IMG/VR virus record: IMGVR_UViG_3300048590_000360
Coordinates: 1-64,000 of that record
Direction: 5' to 3' (one strand)
From: a virus
Length of the DNA: 64,000 bases
The notes under the pieces were generated by a model, which did not search any database, was not told where the DNA came from, and saw only the letters and a list, made by a program, of their open reading frames with translations. Shown in pieces: positions 24,941 through 31,397 of the stretch (positions are counted from its first letter, which is position 1; every line of letters starts with the position of its first letter). The translations under genes were made by a program, and so were the position numbers.

Positions 24941-25948
24941 CATCAGCGCATTAGCTAATATTACAACAAAGTAGAACGAGTCCGCGGAACGTAGATCGTA
25001 ACGGGGTTAAACCTTTTGTTGTTATCTTTGTACCTGGCACCGGCTAAATGAATCCTTCAACGTGCTGACACTAAAGTACTCATAACATGCATTATGTTAA
25101 ATAGGGATTTTTGTAACCGATTAAAAACTAACGTGTTATATTATTGTCTATACAAGAGTTGTTTTATAACGGGTGAAAAGAAAATATAAAACATTGATTT
25201 TCAAGGATGAACAAAGCAGTGTTATTTTGTCGTGAAAATTCGTTAAAAGGTGGTGTAAAACGGGGAAAGGTGCGGACGGCTGCAATACGTTAAATGTACT
25301 GCGTTATCGTTGCGCGGTTGGTGTCGGGATATAGGTTGAATGGTTTGGCTGTGTTAAAACCGATTTAAATCATATTTTAACGTATCCTTGCTGCGGTGTA
25401 TCTTCTCGGAATGTACCCCATGCCCCTCTGAATCCCGTTTCCTTTTTCGCACATCCCCCCTTCAATGCCATATAACCCCTTGACTGGACCGTTACGTATG
25501 AGATTCAATGGGGTTATTGAGGGATACTGCAGGATGGTGTTTGAAGGAATTGGTATTGGTGAAAGGGGCTGTGTGGAATTGTGATTTGCTTGATGGGTAT
25601 GTGGGGTGTCACTGTATTATTGAATTATTTGTTTAAGTGACATTGCATAACTATGTAATTTTCTGGGGTGTTATGTGTTATTACTTAAAGTAATTGTTTA
25701 ATAGTTGTGTGTGTTGATTGGTTGTTTGGTGGTAGGCTTCCAACGGTTTGTTGGTGTTTTATTGGGGGCTGATTGACACTAAGTATGTGATTTTGAGGTA
25801 TGGTTATTTTTTGTGATTTGGTGATAGGATTCCAATAATGACGTGGTATTGAATATTTTTTTTGTTTAATATATACTATGGTGAGTTCTGCTACAAGCTA
25901 CGACACATTTCATTAGTGGGTTCATTCGTAAGCTGTTGTTGATTATAA

Positions 25949-25990
25949 TAGATATTTCAGTTTTTGTACAACGATTTTGTAAATGTCCAT
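25949..25990 (-). pseudogene. truncated copy of the first 14 codons of the tyrosine recombinase gene
   Basis: rc ATGGACATTTACAAAATCGTTGTACAAAAACTGAAATATCTA (MDIYKIVVQKLKYL), then it diverges and stops after one more codon. Confidence 0.7.
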
Positions 25991-26035
25991 GCTGTAACCC
26001 CTTATTTTATTGGTATTGTTGTTATATGGTAGTTA
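25949..26035. repeat. 87-bp exact direct repeat, copy 1 (junction plus recombinase 5' end)
   Basis: Identical to 48213..48299. Ends in ggtaGTTA, followed by a different cassette. Confidence 0.9.
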
Positions 26036-26044
26036 TCGGCAACC

Positions 26045-26407
26045 CTAAGCGGACACCACAAACAATTCAGTTCCATATAGAGAATAGAAAATATTTTGTA
26101 GTTCGTGGACATATTGTAAGTCTGTTAAAACTAATTGACAAACAAAATTGCCTTGAATAAATCTAAATTTATCATCAGCAGTTGATATACCTACATTGTT
26201 GTCTTTGTTGTAAAATTTATCTTGTATTTTGCTGTTTGTAAATCCAAAATCGGTGAGCCATTTATCAGTTAGTTTTACAGGATAAAATGGTTTGTCTAAT
26301 TCATTTTGTAAGTACATTGCGAATAAAGAGCCATCCAACTTTATAATATCTTCGTTAAAAGAAACATAGTTTCCTACTCTTATTTGTGTTGCGTTTAAAT
26401 ATTTCAT
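26045..26407 (-). CDS. hypothetical cassette protein
   Basis: 120-aa ORF with ATG start. The stop lies 7 nt from the GTTATCG junction core. Confidence 0.6.
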   Translation of the reverse strand: MKYLNATQIRVGNYVSFNEDIIKLDGSLFAMYLQNELDKPFYPVKLTDKWLTDFGFTNSKIQDKFYNKDNNVGISTADDKFRFIQGNFVCQLVLTDLQYVHELQNIFYSLYGTELFVVSA

Positions 26408-26454
26408 TTTTTATTTGTTTAAATTGTTAATAATCATTCCGAAAGAAGGGCAGC

Positions 26455-26541
26455 CGATAACAGCGTATAAAGTAAACCGCCAATCCCCACCCACGTAGCC
26501 AACGCAATTGTCGGCTTCCCTTATACGCAAAAGCGTTAGCG
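26455..26541. repeat. attC-like structured repeat
   Basis: Ends CGATAAC-AGC ... GCAAAAGC-GTTAGCG. Stem gcgtataa (26463-26470) / ttatacgc (26521-26528). Confidence 0.55.
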
Positions 26542-26550
26542 GAAATGATT

Positions 26551-26793
26551 TTACCCACCCATATCTACAATAGTAGGTTTAATCGGTTCACCGCCAACCG
26601 AAGCGAATAGAGATAGTTTTTTACTTGGTTTACCATCTTCAACCATCCAAGCAATTGAACCGCAACAAGGCGTTGAACCTGTCCAGTTTTTTAATTGAGT
26701 TTTACATACGTTACATTCCACCCAAAAATCACTATCCGCTAACACATTATTTGCGTCAGTGGGGGTGTTGTTTTTCAAATCGTCGTTTTGCAT
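26551..26793 (-). CDS. small zinc-ribbon-like cassette protein
   Basis: 80 aa with CNVC ... CCGS. The first ~17 codons lie inside repeat 26737..26870. Confidence 0.55.
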   Translation of the reverse strand: MQNDDLKNNTPTDANNVLADSDFWVECNVCKTQLKNWTGSTPCCGSIAWMVEDGKPSKKLSLFASVGGEPIKPTIVDMGG

Positions 26794-26870
26794 ATTATTA
26801 AAATTTAGTTTTTCAAATTAACTGTGGTGGTGTAATGCCCCACCGAACGCAAATAATCGGCACGTTAGCA
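26737..26870. repeat. attC-like structured repeat, long subfamily (134 bp, downstream ATG in loop)
   Basis: Ends CGCTAAC ... GTTAGCA. Arms attatttgcgt (26746-26756) / acgcaaataat (26847-26857) and gtgggg (26759-26764) / ccccac (26838-26843). The stop of 26865..27107 lies inside gTTAgca. Confidence 0.55.
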
Positions 26871-27107
26871 GTCAGTTTGCCCCAAATCACCGTAAGGCTT
26901 TTGAAGTGCTTTACTACTAATAGCTATTTCTCCGTTAGGAAGTTCATTGCAATGGCAAACCGAACTGCTAACAGGCGGTTGGCGCAATACTTGTTTCATC
27001 GCTTCGATTAAAGTGTGGTACATTTCAGCATCGCTTACTTTGTCATTCTCGCTTTTCGGGTATCTATTGTCTATTACCCATTGTGCTATTTCTTGTATCG
27101 TTTTCAT
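26865..27107 (-). CDS. hypothetical cassette protein
   Basis: 80-aa ORF with ATG start. Confidence 0.55.
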   Translation of the reverse strand: MKTIQEIAQWVIDNRYPKSENDKVSDAEMYHTLIEAMKQVLRQPPVSSSVCHCNELPNGEIAISSKALQKPYGDLGQTDC

Positions 27108-27171
27108 ATCAAAATTTTGTTTTAATTATTCGTACTGCGCCAACCGCCAAACCGTTATAACCAATAGGGGT

Positions 27172-27369
27172 TCAGTCCTTCGATTTAACATTTCGGTTGG
27201 CGGTTTTCTTATTTTTTTGCACACGCTCTTTGGTTTTTTCAAAACCATTAGATTTTGATTCTCGTTCCAAAATATCCTGTGCCAAGTTTTTAAAATCCGT
27301 GTTCTCATCAATGGCTCTCTTGCTCAATGATTTTACACATTCATCTGATAAATCAAGTAGTTTTTTCAT
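27172..27369 (-). CDS. ribbon-helix-helix-like small protein
   Basis: MKKLLDLSDECVKSLSKRAIDENTDFKNLAQDILERE shows a beta-alpha-alpha pattern. It is the last gene of a three-gene unit. Confidence 0.5.
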   Translation of the reverse strand: MKKLLDLSDECVKSLSKRAIDENTDFKNLAQDILERESKSNGFEKTKERVQKNKKTANRNVKSKD

Positions 27370-27805
27370 ATCCTTTATTTAGTATTTTTCTACAACTTTC
27401 CGCGTCCTTTCCGTTTGGTTGGTGTTTTAGTTTCCACAAAGAACTACTTGCGTAATGTTTTGCCAAACTTTCGCACTTTTCAAATGGAACAATAGTATAG
27501 ATATACGAAGTAATCTCTATACTGCTTTCGGTATTACCGCCAAACATAGCTTCGCTTTCTTCAACACAACAAGATAAAACTGGTTCACTTTCATTATCTT
27601 CAAATTTTATCACTGAAAGTTCTTTAATTACATCACTTATTGTAGTAGATTTTAATTGTACATTCTTTTCTTTTTTATCAAACCAATGAATGTAATTACG
27701 ATGTAGTGTAGTAAAATCACGTTTTTTCAAAAGCTCAATAGCTTCATTCCTACTTTTAGTAGTTGATTTTAGGTAATGCTGATATACTATTTCTTCTTGT
27801 GTCAT
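27353..27805 (-). CDS. hypothetical cassette protein
   Basis: 150-aa ORF that overlaps the downstream RHH-like gene by 17 nt. Confidence 0.6.
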   Translation of the reverse strand: MTQEEIVYQHYLKSTTKSRNEAIELLKKRDFTTLHRNYIHWFDKKEKNVQLKSTTISDVIKELSVIKFEDNESEPVLSCCVEESEAMFGGNTESSIEITSYIYTIVPFEKCESLAKHYASSSLWKLKHQPNGKDAESCRKILNKGYEKTT

Positions 27806-27816
27806 AATCGTTATTT

Positions 27817-28107
27817 TTAAAGGGTTTTAAAGTAGTTAAGTAATTGATTAAAATACTTCCCGTAATACTCAATAGCATAGCCATTCATATAAGCAGGTTT
27901 TACACTTTCTCTTTGTGAGGCAACCACATTAATTCCTAAAGTTTTTGCTGCAAAATCAACAAAGTTTTCAAGTTTGGTGTCGAGCCATTTAATATCACAA
28001 TCCCTAAATTCTCCTTTATTTAATTGGTTTATTATTTTAGTAATCGGGTCTATTAAAGAAACTTCGATAATAAACTGGTCAATTGCTGTGTTGTTTGTTG
28101 CTTTCAT
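27817..28107 (-). CDS. hypothetical cassette protein
   Basis: 96-aa ORF. TATATTTG box 24 nt upstream. Confidence 0.6.
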   Translation of the reverse strand: MKATNNTAIDQFIIEVSLIDPITKIINQLNKGEFRDCDIKWLDTKLENFVDFAAKTLGINVVASQRESVKPAYMNGYAIEYYGKYFNQLLNYFKTL

Positions 28108-28131
28108 TTTGTTTCGTTTTTAATTCTGATA

Positions 28132-28139
28132 CAAATATA
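28132..28139 (-). promoter_or_regulatory. -7 promoter box (rc TATATTTG)
   Basis: Overlaps the first unit of the 3 x 9-bp repeat at 28135..28161. Confidence 0.5.
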
Positions 28140-28161
28140 TACCATATATACGATATATACA
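28135..28161. repeat. 3 x 9-bp tandem repeat (ATATATAC-N), operator-like
   Basis: atatatac at 28135, 28144 and 28153, with an exact 9-bp period. Confidence 0.8.
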
Positions 28162-28291
28162 AGTAAAAGTTTCAAATATTTTAAAACTAACTGATTTTCA
28201 AAGAGAATAATTTTTAAATCCCTCCCTAAAAAAATAAGAAAACTGCTGTTTCTGCTCCGAATTTGGCTTTGTGCTAAACAATCCCTACTGG

Positions 28292-28346
28292 TTATAACAG
28301 CACATTGGCGGCATTAAAACGACCGCCAATCTGCATCACGTTGTAT
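28292..28346. repeat. attC-like structured repeat (55 bp)
   Basis: Ends TTATAAC-AGC ... GCATCAC-GTTGTAT. Stem attggcgg (28304-28311) / ccgccaat (28323-28330). Confidence 0.55.
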
Positions 28347-28494
28347 GCAATTATGGCGCAAAAGACCAGGTAAATAGCCAAATATTTTTAGTAAATAGTG
28401 AGTTTAGGATTAGAAAATGACTTAATTTTTGTCAAGCCTTGCAAAGTAGATTTGCTGAAAAGTATTTTCAAAGCGAATTACGCTAAAAGGCTTG

Positions 28495-28502
28495 CAAAGG
28501 TA
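28495..28502 (-). promoter_or_regulatory. -7 promoter box (rc TACCTTTG) with TTTG 20 nt upstream, inside an ORF-free cassette
   Basis: rc TTTGACTTTGTCTTTTTTTTCTAATACCTTTG. No ORF of 20 aa or more lies downstream before repeat 28292..28346. Confidence 0.4.
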
Positions 28503-28688
28503 TTAGAAAAAAAAGACAAAGTCAAATTTTTATTCTAATACGATCATAAACTGCTATTTATTAAAGAGATGGCTTGGTTTGTAAAAGACTAATCTTATCC
28601 CTTTGGGGCATAAGACCAATATTTTTCAATCATTTAACTAGGTTTTTTGCGGCATAACTGGGACTGTTTTCATAACTTAGCCGAGTTA

Positions 28689-28772
28689 GAATAACAGCAC
28701 ACAACAACAGGTTTGTTCAATGCCTGCCGCCGGCGCAACACAGGCACTGCACAAACCTGCTATACGTTAGGT
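28689..28772. repeat. attC-like structured repeat
   Basis: Ends GAATAAC-AGC ... GCTATAC-GTTAGGT. Stem caggtttgt (28708-28716) / acaaacctg (28751-28759) plus an inner tgcctg/caggca pair. Confidence 0.6.
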
Positions 28773-28813
28773 GCAATAAAAAATAAATTTCCCACCGCAC
28801 CAAACTAACAACA

Positions 28814-29080
28814 TTAATCCTTCTTTTTAGAGTATTGAAAAACCAATTGGTTGGCAATGTGGTTAAACTCTAAATTGTTTTTGTCATCGCCTGTAATCTT
28901 ATTGAAAAGATGCGTAGGCATAATGTTTGCCAACGCGTGGAAAAAATGCGTAAGGTTATCGCCTTCTTGTAATTCTTGTTGGTCAATGTGAAAATCACTT
29001 TCGCTATCTTCATCAAAGAGTTCCGCAATTTTTCCACTTAACATTGCCGCATAATGTAAATGTTTTTCGGTCTGTGCCAT
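28814..29080 (-). CDS. hypothetical cassette protein
   Basis: 88-aa ORF with ATG start. Confidence 0.55.
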   Translation of the reverse strand: MAQTEKHLHYAAMLSGKIAELFDEDSESDFHIDQQELQEGDNLTHFFHALANIMPTHLFNKITGDDKNNLEFNHIANQLVFQYSKKKD

Positions 29081-29128
29081 AATTGAAATTTGTTTTAAAA
29101 GCCCACGCTAAATTTATTTTTTACAGAC

Positions 29129-29227
29129 ACCTAACAGCAGGTAGGCAAAATGCCGCTATGAGCCTGAGTGCTTTGATATTTACATTTGTGGTAAGCGTCA
29201 CTATCGCCTACCTGCAAACCGTTAGCG
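29129..29227. repeat. attC-like structured repeat
   Basis: Ends ACCTAAC-AGC ... GCAAAC-C-GTTAGCG. Perfect 10-bp stem gcaggtaggc (29137-29146) / gcctacctgc (29206-29215). Confidence 0.6.
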
Positions 29228-29234
29228 GAAAATG

Positions 29235-29570
29235 CTACATCCACTCATCCAACGGAACATTTTTAGTTTTAAATTTTTTGCCTTGAACTGTTAGCACGTA
29301 GTCAAAATTTGCTCTTTGCCAATTACTTTGGTGTATCAACCCCATTCTAACCAATCGAAACAAAATAGACGAATTAAATGTGAACTCACCTTTTGCAGAA
29401 CAACAAGTAACTGTTGATGTACAAGATTGTGTTATCAATTGCCATCCATTTTGAAGACAAAAAACAATCATATTTTGTTTTGGAGTTAGTTTTAATTTAA
29501 CCGCATCATCCGCTAACACGTGTTTTGCGTCAGGCGGGGTTTCGTGGTTAATTGCAGTTTGTGTTTTCAT
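29235..29570 (-). CDS. hypothetical cassette protein
   Basis: 111-aa ORF. The N-terminal ...PPDAKHVLADD is encoded inside repeat 29511..29643. Confidence 0.55.
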   Translation of the reverse strand: MKTQTAINHETPPDAKHVLADDAVKLKLTPKQNMIVFCLQNGWQLITQSCTSTVTCCSAKGEFTFNSSILFRLVRMGLIHQSNWQRANFDYVLTVQGKKFKTKNVPLDEWM

Positions 29571-29643
29571 AATTTAATTTTGTTTAAGTTGAAAGTTTGC
29601 GGTTTTCAAACCCGCCCGAACGCAAAGCACCTTAACGTTGTAG
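29511..29643. repeat. attC-like structured repeat, long subfamily (133 bp, downstream ATG in loop)
   Basis: Ends CGCTAAC ... AAC-GTTGTAG. Arms gtgttttgcg (29520-29529) / cgcaaagcac (29621-29630) and ggcggg (29533-29538) / cccgcc (29611-29616). Confidence 0.5.
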
Positions 29644-29655
29644 GCAATTGCCTTG

Positions 29656-29889
29656 CTATAAAAGCGTATTGCCACATTTTCCGCAAAAGTCTTGAACTTT
29701 ACTGTTTACCCTGTTATTTTCGCAATCGCAAGGCAACTGTTCGCTTCGCCCTACAACAGGGGCTATATGTAATACTTGGATCATTGCTTCGTAAATAACT
29801 TCAAGTTGATTTGAGTTAAATTCTTGCTCAACGCTTGTAAAGTTTCCAAATGTATTTAATGCTTCTAATAATATTTTTTCTTTATCCAT
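29656..29889 (-). CDS. small cassette protein with C-terminal CxC...CxxC
   Basis: 77 aa ending ...LPCDCENNRVNSKVQDFCGKCGNTLL. Confidence 0.5.
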   Translation of the reverse strand: MDKEKILLEALNTFGNFTSVEQEFNSNQLEVIYEAMIQVLHIAPVVGRSEQLPCDCENNRVNSKVQDFCGKCGNTLL

Positions 29890-29940
29890 TTCTATTAAGT
29901 TTTATCGTTAATAAATCGTACTACATATAGCCCCAAACCG

Positions 29941-30204
29941 TTAGCTGCAAGCTGGCAGACTAATCCACGCAATAACGCTTCCGTTTGTATGTTGTGGTCG
30001 CATATCATTAACCCAAACAATTACCCGATTATCTTCAAGCCTTAAATGACATACATCCATTTTACCATAGTCGGTTAATATTAGCACTGGTTTACCAAAT
30101 TCGGGTAATTGTTTTTCTACTGGAATCCAGCCAGCAGCTAACACAGTATTGCCGACAATTGCGGGTTCTGTGGTAGGTTCAACTTTTTGTTTTTTATTGT
30201 TCAT
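29941..30204 (-). CDS. DUF551-like cassette protein
   Basis: GWIPVEKQLPEFGKPVLILTD ... VIAWISLP resembles DUF551 (match by eye only). The stop lies inside gTTAgct. Confidence 0.5.
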   Translation of the reverse strand: MNNKKQKVEPTTEPAIVGNTVLAAGWIPVEKQLPEFGKPVLILTDYGKMDVCHLRLEDNRVIVWVNDMRPQHTNGSVIAWISLPACS

Positions 30205-30269
30205 TTGTGCAAATTTTGAAGTTTTTTAATTCTAATTCCGCAACTGCGGCAATACTCGGAACGTTAGCA
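30136..30269. repeat. attC-like structured repeat, long subfamily (134 bp, downstream ATG in loop)
   Basis: Ends AGCTAAC ... GTTAGCA. Arms agtattgccg (30145-30154) / cggcaatact (30247-30256). Confidence 0.5.
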
Positions 30270-30275
30270 CCAATA

Positions 30276-30509
30276 CTACGAGTGTGCTGCAAAAACCTGA
30301 TTATCCCTTAATCGTATTTGTTCTCTTATCTTTTCGGCTAATTGTTCTACTTCGTCAGAATAAGAACATATAACAGTTCCGTCCTCTTTTTTTAAGGCTA
30401 TAGGCATTGCGTTTGCGTATAAGTCAAATAGTGCCTTAAATAGTTCTTTTCTGTGGCTATCATTCAAAATAGCTTCTCTTTGTTTTTGGTAATATTTTTG
30501 GTCTTTCAT
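30276..30509 (-). CDS. hypothetical cassette protein
   Basis: 77-aa ORF. The conserved leader AGTACGGATTATTAAC lies upstream. Confidence 0.5.
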   Translation of the reverse strand: MKDQKYYQKQREAILNDSHRKELFKALFDLYANAMPIALKKEDGTVICSYSDEVEQLAEKIREQIRLRDNQVFAAHS

Positions 30510-30543
30510 TCTATTTATATTTTGTTGTTAATAATCCGTACTG

Positions 30544-30608
30544 GTGCTAACAGCAAATAAGCAAAACTCCGCTATCGCTACGCTTCGCCTATTTGCAAAC
30601 CGTTAGCG
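30544..30608. repeat. attC-like structured repeat (65 bp)
   Basis: Ends GTGCTAAC-AGC ... GCAAAC-C-GTTAGCG. Stem gcaaataagc (30553-30562) / gcctatttgc (30587-30596), with one A-C (G-T on the minus strand). The stop of 30603..30920 lies inside gTTAgcg. Confidence 0.6.
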
Positions 30609-30920
30609 GTCATTGCCGCCAAGCCCAAGTCCCTTAATTATCCTTTCCATAAAGTCGCCACTTTTTTTCACATCGCAAGTTTCGTTAAACCATTTTTCGT
30701 CCTCTTCATTTTCAGGAAAAACAATGTTGCACCTCATAGCAGTTTCCCTTAGAAGCGGCAACGAACCGCTAACATCGGGTTGGGCTAAATTTTTATTGGC
30801 TACGAGTTGCGCGTATTCGGAAAGGATAATTGATACTTTCCCTTTCGTGTAGAACTCTTCCCCTTCATCATTAGTATAGTCTGGTGTCCACATTTTCAAA
30901 ACTTCCATTTCTCTTGTCAT
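30603..30920 (-). CDS. hypothetical cassette protein
   Basis: 105-aa ORF with ATG start. Confidence 0.55.
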   Translation of the reverse strand: MTREMEVLKMWTPDYTNDEGEEFYTKGKVSIILSEYAQLVANKNLAQPDVSGSLPLLRETAMRCNIVFPENEEDEKWFNETCDVKKSGDFMERIIKGLGLGGNDR

Positions 30921-31022
30921 GCTATTTATATTTAGTCGTTAATAATCCGCCAATAAAAACTTCGCCAACCCGTCCACCGTTATAGCACATTAAAACGATG
31001 CTATAACAGCGCATAAGAGAAG

Positions 31023-31286
31023 TTAAGGCTTAGATAGTGCTTCGAGCAAAGATTCTGCATGAAGAACAGCCAACTCACTAATACCACTTGGTGAGAATGT
31101 CATACTTCCTCCTTGTGTCATTCCTCCGTTACAATTTGCTAATAATCCTTGCATCGCTAATCCTGCAAAATACTCCTTCTTAGTTAAACCATATTGGGTA
31201 AAACTTCCATTAGGATCAAGCATAGAATCTATGTATTCTTTACCTTTAATTCTAGCATTCGTTTGCTGTTCTGTTTCCTTTTCCAT
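31023..31286 (-). CDS. hypothetical cassette protein
   Basis: 87-aa ORF. The stop lies inside gTTAagg. Confidence 0.55.
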   Translation of the reverse strand: MEKETEQQTNARIKGKEYIDSMLDPNGSFTQYGLTKKEYFAGLAMQGLLANCNGGMTQGGSMTFSPSGISELAVLHAESLLEALSKP

Positions 31287-31397
31287 AATCTAATTTTTTT
31301 AATTTGTTTCGCCTTAACTTCTCCTATGCGCCTACCGTTAGCGGCAAGCGTAGGACACCACTCCGAATAAACAGCATCCTACACAAACCGAAAAAGG

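Noticed and set aside
25023-25030. Plus-strand TATCTTTG box in the ORF-free region as a confirmed promoter of a non-coding RNA
   Set aside because: It is a single 8-mer match with no -33 element and no downstream structure I could define. It is mentioned in the finding on the region but not annotated as a feature.
25936-26160. Plus-strand ORFs 25936..26160 and 48122..48361 that share the peptide ISVFVQRFCKCPCCNPLFYWYCCYMVV
   Set aside because: The shared peptide is just the translation of the 87-bp direct repeat on the non-coding strand. It is antisense to the recombinase 5' end.
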